A stretch of DNA of 32,000 nt. Origin: an uncultured Calditrichaceae bacterium (GTDB lineage Bacteria > Zhuqueibacterota > Zhuqueibacteria > Oceanimicrobiales > Oceanimicrobiaceae). Under the pieces are notes generated by a model that had not been told where the DNA came from, did no database searches, and saw only the letters and a program-made list of their open reading frames with translations. Below are positions 19,773-28,371 of this stretch, in pieces; position 1 is the first letter of the stretch, and every line of letters starts with the position of its first letter. Where the stretch lies: NCBI GenBank assembly GCA_964455375.1, contig CAYVXE010000003.1, positions 50,805 through 82,804 on the forward strand, in the 5' to 3' direction. Made by a program: the position numbers and the translations under genes.

Positions 19773-20273
19773 ATGAAGACGCTGCTTTTCAAATATGGCA
19801 TAATCGCGCTGCCGCTTTTGGCCGGGATTTGCCTGGGAGGCTGTGCGGTTAACGAAACAAAGCCAAATGATGAAAATCGCGCGCCAGAAAAACCGGTGGC
19901 TCAAGTCAACTCTGTGCAAGTCAGCGGAGAGCCAAATGCTTACCAGTTCTCAGTGGGAATCATGAGCCCTGACAAAGGCTGTGAACAATACGCGGACTGG
20001 TGGGAAGTTCTCTCAGAAAATGGAACCTTGATTTATCGGCGAATTTTAGCCCATAGCCATGTTAATGAGCAGCCATTTGTGCGTTCCGGGCAACCGGTGC
20101 GAATACAAGCCAATGACGTTGTTTACATTCGTGGTCACATGCATCCGGGAGGATACGGCGGCAACGTTTTTACAGGGACGGTGCAAGATGGATTCCGGGA
20201 AGTTACGGTCAGCGCCGACTTTGCGGCGGGCGTAGAAAAAGAGCCCCCCCAACCCACTGATTGTGCCTTTTGA
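19773..20273 (+). CDS. hypothetical lipoprotein
   Basis: The likely start MKTLLFKYGIIALPLLAGICLGGC has an LGGC lipobox. The track start at 19743 is the alternative. I recognise no family. The protein is His/Cys-containing (HSHVNE, GHMHPGGYGG). Confidence 0.5.
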   Translation: MKTLLFKYGIIALPLLAGICLGGCAVNETKPNDENRAPEKPVAQVNSVQVSGEPNAYQFSVGIMSPDKGCEQYADWWEVLSENGTLIYRRILAHSHVNEQPFVRSGQPVRIQANDVVYIRGHMHPGGYGGNVFTGTVQDGFREVTVSADFAAGVEKEPPQPTDCAF

Positions 20274-20282
20274 TGAACAAAT

Positions 20283-22544
20283 CTATTTTGAACCCCCTCC
20301 CAGCAAATTTAACATCTCCCGAGCATCCGTCGTTGGGGCATTACAGGCAAAATTCTTACAAACATACGCCGTTGCTTTGCCGTCGACGGACTTTTGAAAT
20401 TCCGTAAAAGCTGCGATGTTTGTTATTGGTGGCTTTTCTTTTTCACCGGGGCGGAACAACACAACTTTGTTGGGAAGATAGTTCGTTTGCAATGTCTTCA
20501 GCATCTCCTGCGTATCTTTGTCTGACAGGGTGCCGGCAATGACGACTTCGTAGGTTGGGCCGAAGGCAAAAAGCAATGCAGATATGAGTTGTGTACTACT
20601 AATGGGTGACTGCGTCAGTTGGGTCGAGAATGCTTTGCCAATGGCCACGGTTTTTTCTTCCAGGTCGGTGCTGCCGGTCATTCTGCTTAGACGCAGGAGG
20701 TTCATCGCTGCTACCGAATTTCCCGAAGGGATGGCGCCGTCGTAAATTTCTTTATTTCTAACCAACAGATCTCCCTGACTATTTGTTGCAAAAAAGAATC
20801 CGCCATTTTTTGTATCCCAAAAATCCTTCAACATAATATCGTTGAGGTAAATGGCCCGCTGCAGATAGTCTATATCAAACGTCGCTTCGTAGAGATTGAG
20901 CATTCCCCAGACCATAAAGGCGTAATCGTCCGAGTGTGCCGGTAAAGCTGCTTCTCCCTGACGGTAGCGTTTCAGGAGTTTCCCGTCTTTATCCCGCACG
21001 GAATCCCAGATAAAATCAGCCGCTTTACGCGCCGCCGTGGCGTACGTCGGTTCATTTAAAACGGCAGCGCCTTCTGCGAGAGCAGCGATCATCATGCCGT
21101 TCCAGTCGGTGAGAACTTTGTCGTCTTTAAAGGGATGCACGCGTTTTTCGCGCACGGAAAAAAGTTTTTTTCTGGCTTTTTCCCACCGTTGCTTTAATTG
21201 TTCTTCTGAAACAGACTGCTCTTTTGCCAGCTCGCCCCAGGTTTTTTTTAAATACAGAATGCTGCCGCCAGTTTTCTGTTGTGTCGCCTGATCAAGAAAG
21301 TTTCCACCGGCTTCGACGTTGAACAGTTTAATGACGAAGTCACCTTCTTCCTTGCCGAGAACATCTGTAATTTTCTCCGGCGTCCATAAATAGAAAAGTC
21401 CCTCTTCTCCCTCACTGTCGGCGTCTTCTGCGGAATAAAACCCACCTTCCGGTGAGGTCATATCGCGCAAAACATAGGTGAAAATGTCACGGGCGATCTC
21501 GGCATATTCCTGTTTGCCGGTTGCCTGGAAGGCCTCGACATAAGCCATGGCCAGACCGGCCTGGTCGTAGAGCATTTTTTCGAAATGCGGCAAAAACCAC
21601 CGCTGGTCTGTGGAGTAGCGATGGAACCCGAAACCAACCTGATCGAACATGCCGCCAAGATGCATCTGCTGCAGCGTTTTTTCCACCATCTCCAGCGCCT
21701 TTGGGCTTTTGTATTGCTGCCAATAACGCAGCAGAAAAGTCAGATTGTGTGGTGAAGGAAACTTTGGCGCCTGACCAAAGCCGCCGTAGGTGGGATCGAA
21801 GCGTTGACTCAGTTGTTGAAAAGCCGTTTGCAAGACCTGTTTATCCAGTGCGCTGCCCGGTTGGCCGCCTGTGTTTTTTTGCAGAAAATCGACGACGCGG
21901 TCTGCGCTTGTAAGAATTTTTTGCCGGTCTGTTTTCCATGATTTGTCGATACCCGGGATAAGATCCAGCATGCCGACTCTCTGGAAGCGACTCGTTTTCG
22001 GGAAATAGGTGCCGGCATAAAACGGCTTTTTATCGGGCGTCATGATGATCGTCAATGGCCAGCCGCCGCTGCCGGTCATAGCGGTACAGACCTGCATATA
22101 GATTTGATCGATATCCGGGCGTTCTTCCCGGTCGACTTTAATGCAGACGAATGTTTTATTCAACAATGCGGCAACCGTGGAGTCTTCAAAAGATTCATGT
22201 TCCATGACGTGGCACCAGTGGCAGGTGGAGTAACCGATGGAAAGAAAAATCGGTTTGTCTTCTCTCCGCGCTTTTGCAAATGCTTCTTCTCCCCAGGGAT
22301 ACCAGTCCACCGGGTTTCTGGCATGTTGTAAGAGATAGGGACTTTTTTGAAAAATGAGTCGGTTAAACTCGGGTCCGCCGTCCTTCGGCAAACGGGCAAT
22401 TTCTGCTGCGGACGGCAATCCTACCCGGCCGTCCTTTGTATGTTCTTGTGACATAGGTTTTCCATGGTATCGTTGAATAGTTATGGCCAATATTAAAACA
22501 GCTAAAATTCCAAACAGGAAAATAAGTTTGATATATTTTTTCAT
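20283..22544 (-). CDS. thioredoxin domain-containing protein (DUF255/YyaL family with a six-hairpin glycosidase-like C-terminal domain)
   Basis: The 753-aa ORF carries [36 protein letters not shown] and GGWPL, all typical of DUF255. An N-terminal signal or anchor is present. Confidence 0.9.
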   Translation of the reverse strand: MKKYIKLIFLFGILAVLILAITIQRYHGKPMSQEHTKDGRVGLPSAAEIARLPKDGGPEFNRLIFQKSPYLLQHARNPVDWYPWGEEAFAKARREDKPIFLSIGYSTCHWCHVMEHESFEDSTVAALLNKTFVCIKVDREERPDIDQIYMQVCTAMTGSGGWPLTIIMTPDKKPFYAGTYFPKTSRFQRVGMLDLIPGIDKSWKTDRQKILTSADRVVDFLQKNTGGQPGSALDKQVLQTAFQQLSQRFDPTYGGFGQAPKFPSPHNLTFLLRYWQQYKSPKALEMVEKTLQQMHLGGMFDQVGFGFHRYSTDQRWFLPHFEKMLYDQAGLAMAYVEAFQATGKQEYAEIARDIFTYVLRDMTSPEGGFYSAEDADSEGEEGLFYLWTPEKITDVLGKEEGDFVIKLFNVEAGGNFLDQATQQKTGGSILYLKKTWGELAKEQSVSEEQLKQRWEKARKKLFSVREKRVHPFKDDKVLTDWNGMMIAALAEGAAVLNEPTYATAARKAADFIWDSVRDKDGKLLKRYRQGEAALPAHSDDYAFMVWGMLNLYEATFDIDYLQRAIYLNDIMLKDFWDTKNGGFFFATNSQGDLLVRNKEIYDGAIPSGNSVAAMNLLRLSRMTGSTDLEEKTVAIGKAFSTQLTQSPISSTQLISALLFAFGPTYEVVIAGTLSDKDTQEMLKTLQTNYLPNKVVLFRPGEKEKPPITNIAAFTEFQKSVDGKATAYVCKNFACNAPTTDAREMLNLLGGGSK

Positions 22545-22798
22545 GATTTACAATAGTCGGATATGATTGTTTTGAAATTAATGGATGCGATATTAGTAAT
22601 GAACGTTCAGGGTTAGAGATTTGTTCCGAATATAAAAAAAGCTTTTAAAAATGCAAAGAAAAGCGGGCTCTGCACGATTATGCTAAGTTTTTGTGAAAGT
22701 GTGTCGGCATAAATGTTTAAAAATTGCAACAACAATTTAGAATTAGTCACACCATCCGATAAGATGAAGTAAATTCATTAACCAAATCTAAACAAAAG

Positions 22799-24607
22799 AT
22801 GACGAAAATGGTGAAATCTAAAGATGTTGTTTATGCCCTGTGCCTTTTACTCTTACCTGCCGCCGGCATTTCGCAGATTTATGAACCGCAAAAACCGCTT
22901 TCTGAAATTGAAAGTTCCATGGAGGCGAATTTAACCTGGAATCTGCAAAGCGCACTGTTGCTGTATTACCCGGAGAACAAGTTTGTTGTTAAGGCGGATG
23001 TACGATTACAAAAAGTAAAGCCCAAACGGGTGCTACCAAAGTTACCGGACGCACTTTTGAGCAGAAGCGTAAACAATTTGCCCGGCTTACCCTACGTTCC
23101 CCTGGATTTTGGAGAAGCAACACCGCCCCAACAAAAACGTGACAATTTAAGAAACTATGTTCGGGAAAACAATTTTCAAGTGGCGAGTATCCGGGTGAAT
23201 GTGCTGGTTGATGCGAGCCTGCGTGAAAGTGACTGGGCATTCATTCGTCGCTATTCGGCCCTTGTGGCTGATTTGGAACCGACCCGGGGCGATCAGATTC
23301 GCATTGAGCGGTTAACGTTTCCGGATAAAGCGACTTTTTTTGCAGCAAAGCAGAAGCCTGAGGTGCAACAGCCGGCTAAAACGAAACCACCGCAACAGGC
23401 GCAGATCATCCCGTCTGATTTCGATTGGCGTCCATACGCGTTTGCCGGAGGCATTGCTCTTCTGTTGATCATCGCGTTCTTTCTTGGCATTCGGGCAATT
23501 ACAAAATCCATAAAGAAATCCATGAGTAAAAATGATGCGGTTGCTGCAAAAGATCAATCGCCGCTTCCGGTATCCCGGGCTGCTGTGGCAAAACACAGGC
23601 AGGAAACAGATCAAACACGGGGAACGTCTGAAACGCCCAATTACCATCAGTTGAGATCCGAAATGATGGATACTATCGTCGGCACGCCGTCTTCCGCCGC
23701 CGCGGTTTTTAACCAATGGATTGAAGAGAGAGACGAAGCCGGGACAAAAGATGTGGCCGCCCTGCTTACGGGAGTGTCAAAACCACTGGCCGAACTCCTG
23801 ACACCGTATTTTGGCAAGGAGACCGCCGGCGCCGTGAAAAGTAAAATGGCGGAGATGGAAAAGGATGTACCGGAAAGCGAGGTCGATGAATTAATTAAAT
23901 TGTTTAATGGCGATTTGCGTAAACTGGTGGTGAAGGAAAGCAAAGACCCCAAAGAAAATGACGCCCTTGCCTTTTTGAACCAGATGAGCGATAACCAGTT
24001 GGAACATTTGCTGAAGCCGTTGAAGACCGGCATTAAAGCCATCGTTTTGGCACAGATGCGTTCTAATCGTGCGGCAAAGTTTCTAAGCAAAATGGATGCG
24101 GATGAGAAAAAAGAAGTGTTGGTGTCGATGGGCAATATTGAACATCTTCCGTTGGATGTTTATCAACACATTGCCCGGCAACTGGCAGCACGTGCGAACA
24201 AACTGGAAAAAATGCGCTACGTGCGCGCCAATGGCGTGGACGCGGTGGTGAAAGTTATGGAGCATCTCGATGAAAAGACGCAGGACGACCTGTTGAACCA
24301 CCTGCAAACCCAGGACGTAAAACTCGCACAGAAAGTCCATCAGAAATTTATGACGTTTAATCAGTTGCTGGACATGCCGGAGGAAGAAATTCAGAAAGTC
24401 GCACTGGAGGTGGATCGCGAGATCTTAGCAAAATCGCTCGTTACAGTGGATGAAGAAACCGTGGTCAGAATCGTCTCGGCGCTGCCGGAAAAGTTGCAGG
24501 AACTGGTGACAGCAAGTCTTGAATCTAACCACGACATACCTGAAAATGAAGTGGCACAGGCGCGACGGGCATTGATGCGATCGTTGCGAGAAAGCCAAAA
24601 ACAATAA
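22799..24607 (+). CDS. membrane-anchored FliF(C-terminal portion)-FliG fusion-like protein
   Basis: The 602-aa ORF has, in order: an N-terminal signal/TM; a periplasmic segment of about 180 aa ending in a FliF-like VASIRVNVLVD...RGDQIRIERLTF; and a TM at about aa 213-233. It continues with a FliF-C-like helix AAAVFNQWIEE, then FliG N/M/C-like sequence to the end. The last part includes FMTFNQLLDMPEEEIQKVALEVDREILAKSL, compared with E. coli FliG MFVFENLVDVDDRSIQRLLQEVDSESLLIALKG. Confidence 0.7.
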   Translation: MTKMVKSKDVVYALCLLLLPAAGISQIYEPQKPLSEIESSMEANLTWNLQSALLLYYPENKFVVKADVRLQKVKPKRVLPKLPDALLSRSVNNLPGLPYVPLDFGEATPPQQKRDNLRNYVRENNFQVASIRVNVLVDASLRESDWAFIRRYSALVADLEPTRGDQIRIERLTFPDKATFFAAKQKPEVQQPAKTKPPQQAQIIPSDFDWRPYAFAGGIALLLIIAFFLGIRAITKSIKKSMSKNDAVAAKDQSPLPVSRAAVAKHRQETDQTRGTSETPNYHQLRSEMMDTIVGTPSSAAAVFNQWIEERDEAGTKDVAALLTGVSKPLAELLTPYFGKETAGAVKSKMAEMEKDVPESEVDELIKLFNGDLRKLVVKESKDPKENDALAFLNQMSDNQLEHLLKPLKTGIKAIVLAQMRSNRAAKFLSKMDADEKKEVLVSMGNIEHLPLDVYQHIARQLAARANKLEKMRYVRANGVDAVVKVMEHLDEKTQDDLLNHLQTQDVKLAQKVHQKFMTFNQLLDMPEEEIQKVALEVDREILAKSLVTVDEETVVRIVSALPEKLQELVTASLESNHDIPENEVAQARRALMRSLRESQKQ

Positions 24608-24630
24608 AAAACCTAATAAATGAGTGAATA

Positions 24631-25752
24631 ATGAGAAAACAAATAATAATATTAGCAGCGTTTGTTTTGTTGACAGGAGCATCATGGTCACCGGTCAATG
24701 CCCAGCCCGGCGACGATGATATTCTCAAGCTTGCAGAAGAAATTTTCCAGCAAATTCCGCGGGATTTGTCGGAAATCGATCCGCAACTCGGCAGAATAGC
24801 AGTTTACCGGTTGGAAACCGACAATAAATTCATTTCGGCATCTCTGCAGGAACACATCAAAAGCCGGTTGTTGGAAATTATGAGCCAACTGGATCAGCCG
24901 AGGGTCGTTTCCCTGCCGAAGTTAAACACGTTGCAGATTTCCTCTACGGACACAACGTTCTCGATTTTGAACTCCCTGCCGACGCCGGAAGACGTGTGGC
25001 GGGTAGGTAAAAAGCTGCGTGTGGATGCATTTCTTGAAGGCAATTTGACCTACATTCCGCAAAAAGCACTCCTTGTTGATTTGCGTTTAAACCGCATCGG
25101 GACCAATGAAGTTCTCTGGGCAAAGTCATATTCCGCGTATGAGAAAAATTTGAAGTTGCCGAAAGTAAATCCTTTGCGAAAAAGTATCAACGCCGGCTTA
25201 GAAATTTTTAATGTGGACGTGACCGTTCCCACGGACTCGCTCATCAGTTCTGATTTCAGCAACCGACTTATTCAGTATTCAGCTTATGTGGGCGTTTACC
25301 AGTACGTCACGCCCAAAAGCAGATTGCGCTATGAATTGCGTCTGGGTCTGTCTTATTTGTCAGATGGCATTCAGCTTAACAAAGGGTCGTTCGCAAAGAA
25401 TTCTTTTTACTATGATTCCGGCAGTACATTTCAGTTTGGCCGGCCCTCATCTTTAAATATTCGTTCCCTTCTTACCTCTGCCATTGCGGAAAACAAACAG
25501 AACCCGGCCGGTGACTGGTTGTCGGTTTATCTCTCCATTACCCGCTATTTTGCTGTGAATATGCCCGATATAACCGGATTTGGAATTGGTTTTCGCAGTG
25601 ACATCAATACCCATTTTTCTGTTTCTGCCGGAATTGCCGTCGTTGTGGGGAAGGAATTTAGTTCCGGTCGTATTTTACCGACCAATGAACGCGCCCGCAT
25701 AAAAGTTCACGGTCTGCACTACGATATTCAATTTTTACAATTTACATTTTAA
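24631..25752 (+). CDS. outer-membrane protein: periplasmic alpha/beta domain (CsgG/LpoB/FlgO-like pattern) plus predicted beta-barrel
   Basis: A type-I signal peptide is present (VNA/QP). The N-terminal half reads RIAVYRLETDNK...RVVS...LRVDAFLEGNLTY...LVDLRLNRIGTNEVLWAKSYS. The C-terminal half has beta-strand texture and ends ...LQFTF. The family call is at pattern level only. Confidence 0.5.
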   Translation: MRKQIIILAAFVLLTGASWSPVNAQPGDDDILKLAEEIFQQIPRDLSEIDPQLGRIAVYRLETDNKFISASLQEHIKSRLLEIMSQLDQPRVVSLPKLNTLQISSTDTTFSILNSLPTPEDVWRVGKKLRVDAFLEGNLTYIPQKALLVDLRLNRIGTNEVLWAKSYSAYEKNLKLPKVNPLRKSINAGLEIFNVDVTVPTDSLISSDFSNRLIQYSAYVGVYQYVTPKSRLRYELRLGLSYLSDGIQLNKGSFAKNSFYYDSGSTFQFGRPSSLNIRSLLTSAIAENKQNPAGDWLSVYLSITRYFAVNMPDITGFGIGFRSDINTHFSVSAGIAVVVGKEFSSGRILPTNERARIKVHGLHYDIQFLQFTF

Positions 25753-25790
25753 GTTAATCTGGATTTTACTCTACCTATAGGATTGTAACC

Positions 25791-26438
25791 ATGAAACAAA
25801 CAATTGTAATGATAACCGCAAAATCAGCGATTTTTGCTTTTTTGATGACCATGGCCAGCGGTTTCGGTCTTTGGAGTTGTGCAAATCAATCCAAATCATT
25901 GCAGCGTCAGGTAACCGAAACGTCTACTGCGGATTCATCGGCAGTCGGTAAATTAAAAAAGAAGACCTATCTGAAGGTTAAATTTCATCAGAACGACACA
26001 GATGTGGAGCTGGTTTTAGACCCGGAAGCCCAAAATCTGGCCCTGGATTTTGTCAGAAGCCCGGATGGCCAATTGCAGGTTTTTGACGGCGATTCGTCAT
26101 TGATAAAGAAGGAAAAGGATCCTGAGCTGACGAACGGACTTTTGAAGAAACTGCAGAACAGGAAAGACGGTCTGGACAGGGAGGACCTCACAGACGAAAT
26201 CGTTCAGGATATCAATGAAGCACAGCGGTTATTTTATCAGAAAGAATACATACAGGCTCTAAAGGTCCTGCAGGCCTCTCTGGAAAAGAGAAAGTCAGCC
26301 ACCGCGTATGCGCTTGGCGGCTCTATTTACTACGTCAACGGCGATATTGAGGAGGCTGTCAATGCCTGGGAAAATGCACTAAAAATTAATCCGGATCTGC
26401 AGGATGTAAAAGAATTGGTGGATCGGTATAAACAATAG
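25791..26438 (+). CDS. TPR-containing lipoprotein
   Basis: The signal ends in the lipobox GLWSC. The middle is charged. The C-terminal region is TPR-like (YIQALKVLQASLEK...AYALGGSIYYVNGDIEEAVNAWENALKINPD). Confidence 0.65.
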   Translation: MKQTIVMITAKSAIFAFLMTMASGFGLWSCANQSKSLQRQVTETSTADSSAVGKLKKKTYLKVKFHQNDTDVELVLDPEAQNLALDFVRSPDGQLQVFDGDSSLIKKEKDPELTNGLLKKLQNRKDGLDREDLTDEIVQDINEAQRLFYQKEYIQALKVLQASLEKRKSATAYALGGSIYYVNGDIEEAVNAWENALKINPDLQDVKELVDRYKQ

Positions 26439-26460
26439 TACAAAATAAAAGGACAGAATT

Positions 26461-27282
26461 GTGTTAACATTATTAGGATTTGTTGTAGGCGTTGCTCTTG
26501 TTGGTTATGGCATTTCAACCGGAAAAGCTCCTCCGGAAATATTTTTAAACTGGCAGGGACTGGCCATTGTCTGCGGTGGTTCCATCGCTGCGATTGTGGT
26601 CTCTTACCCCATTCCTGAAATCGTGCGTGCCTTTACATCGTATTTTATCATTTTTCGGTCCGGCGCGCATAAATATATCAAAGCCATTGATAAAATGGTA
26701 TCCTGCATTCGCACCTATCAGCGGGAGGGCCAGGAAAAACTCTTACAGATTCTGGCATCCGGGACAAAGCTGTGGATATTTTACGACGGTGTGCAGATGA
26801 AGTCCGTGGGCTATTCTCAGGAAGAAACGAAGGAGATTCTCGAAGACCAGATTCGCTGGCAAATGACCCGGGAAATGAAGCAGCATCATCTGTTTTCGAC
26901 GATGGCAAAAGTTGCACCGGCATTTGGTATGATCGGCACGCTCATCGGGCTCATCAATATGCTTATTACGTTGCAGAGTCATCCGGGCAACGTCGGCAGC
27001 GGCCTTGCCATTGCTTTGACAACGACCTTTTACGGTTTGATTTTGGCGAACATCATCTTCGCACCAATTGCCGAAAAATTAAAAGAGCGCGCAGAAAATA
27101 ATTTTCTCATCGAGACCATGCAACTGGAAGCTGTGATGATGCTTTATGAAGATCGCAACTATGTGTATGCCCGCGACAAATTAGCCGCGTATTTGAATGC
27201 AGCTAATCGTAAAAAAGTGCAGAAGGTTGCTGGCAAAATGGATTTTTCAAAAAACAAAAAACGGTTTAAAAAAGTTGCTTAA
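26461..27282 (+). CDS. motA: MotA/PomA-type stator proton-channel protein
   Basis: The GTG start is preceded by AAAGGA. The topology is 4-TM: two TMs, a cytoplasmic loop of about 100 aa, then two TMs. The MotA_ExbB core APAFGMIGTLIGLINML...GLAIALTTTFYGLILANIIFAPIAEKL is present. Confidence 0.85.
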   Translation: MLTLLGFVVGVALVGYGISTGKAPPEIFLNWQGLAIVCGGSIAAIVVSYPIPEIVRAFTSYFIIFRSGAHKYIKAIDKMVSCIRTYQREGQEKLLQILASGTKLWIFYDGVQMKSVGYSQEETKEILEDQIRWQMTREMKQHHLFSTMAKVAPAFGMIGTLIGLINMLITLQSHPGNVGSGLAIALTTTFYGLILANIIFAPIAEKLKERAENNFLIETMQLEAVMMLYEDRNYVYARDKLAAYLNAANRKKVQKVAGKMDFSKNKKRFKKVA

Positions 27283-27316
27283 GAGTTTTAATAAAAGAAG
27301 TGGGAGTTAGTTTTTT

Positions 27317-27952
27317 ATGGAAATCAAACTGCACAACAATGTTTTTTCCAGAGAGGATGAGTCACAGTCCTGGCTTTTGTCTTACAGTGATATGGTGACA
27401 CTTTTGCTGGCATTTTTTGTTTTGTTTTTTGCCATTTCACAAGTGGATCAGGCTAAATTTGAATCCATTATGCAGTATTTTAACCGTGAAAATACCATGC
27501 CGCTGCAGGTTTTGGAACAAAAATTTAAAGCATTGGTGCAGCAACATCATCTTGAAAAAAGTGTGGATGTGCAGTTGACGCCGGACGGATTGCTGGTTAA
27601 TTTTCAGGACGAGATTCTTTTTGAATCCGGCAAAGCAGAACTGAACACAAAATCTTTTCCGATTTTAACCTCCATGGCAGGCCTTTTGAAAGACGAGGCC
27701 GTGGCAAAACGCCATGTACAGGTTCAAGGCCATACCGACAGTGTGCCGTTGGCAAAAAATTCTTTATATCCTTCAAATTGGGAATTGTCCGGTGCGCGTT
27801 CGGCGCGGGTTATTCGCTATTTAATTCGGGAAGGATTGAGTCCGGCGCGTTTTGTATCTGTGGGCTATGCTGACACCCGGCTGCGAGTTGCGGAAGCGGA
27901 AAACAACCGTGGTCTGCAAGCCAATCGCAGGGTTAGTTTTCTCATTAAATAA
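27317..27952 (+). CDS. motB: MotB-type stator protein with OmpA-like peptidoglycan-binding domain
   Basis: The N-terminal WLLSYSDMVTLLLAFFVLFF is the MotB TM carrying the conserved Asp. The C-terminus is OmpA-like (GHTDSVP, NWELSGARSARVIRYL, NRRVSFLI). Confidence 0.85.
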   Translation: MEIKLHNNVFSREDESQSWLLSYSDMVTLLLAFFVLFFAISQVDQAKFESIMQYFNRENTMPLQVLEQKFKALVQQHHLEKSVDVQLTPDGLLVNFQDEILFESGKAELNTKSFPILTSMAGLLKDEAVAKRHVQVQGHTDSVPLAKNSLYPSNWELSGARSARVIRYLIREGLSPARFVSVGYADTRLRVAEAENNRGLQANRRVSFLIK

Positions 27953-28371
27953 AAAATTGATTTGTTCGGTAAGTGTCCGGAAATAAACTCGGTGTCTGCG
28001 TACAGGGAAGGCGGCCCGGATGGATGGGAACTGTACACGCCGATGACATCTCTTAAAACCTGCTCAACATTCATTAGACATAGATTCCTAAACTTATTTT
28101 AAAAAGTGAACGTTGTTGTGTTTAAAGCTGACACCCCGTCAAAACGTGAACAACTCAGCAAATCAGGCGCGCTTACCGCAGAACCTCGGAGATGCACAGA
28201 GTCTCGTATCTCTTTAGAATTAGAAATCACGCAACTAAAGGGCGTCGGCTGAATTTGTTTGGTTTGCTGCCTATTCACGACCTGCAGTTAAGCACGGGCT
28301 AAAGCCACGTGCCACACAAGTCTTTTGAATCATGTCAGGGGCACCCGGCGCATGTTGTAGCCAGTACTATT

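Noticed and set aside
21458-21913. Several 66-130-aa ORFs on both strands inside the DUF255 gene.
   Set aside because: They are Arg/Pro/Ala-rich low-complexity translations overlapping a well-supported 753-aa gene, so I treat them as spurious.
22704-22728. A possible sigma-54 promoter (GG...TTGCA) upstream of the FliF-FliG-like gene.
   Set aside because: The GG and GC elements are about 19 nt apart rather than the required spacing of about 12 nt. The -24 element does not match TGGCAC.
26461-27952. Reading the MotA/MotB pair as Zorya (ZorAB) anti-phage defence, or as TolQR/ExbBD.
   Set aside because: ZorA has a long C-terminal tail and comes with ZorC/D or ZorE, but this MotA is an ordinary 273 aa and no such partners exist. 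TolQ/ExbB have 3 TMs and TolR/ExbD lack an OmpA domain. Here the topology is 4-TM MotA plus an OmpA-domain MotB, next to a FliG-like partner.
27953-28371. A possible pseudogene or ncRNA in the 419-nt gap after motB, including the hairpin at 28292-28312.
   Set aside because: No frame yields more than about 37 sensible codons. The hairpin lacks a U-tract on either strand. I found no repeat or conserved motif and report the gap only as part of the compositional junction.
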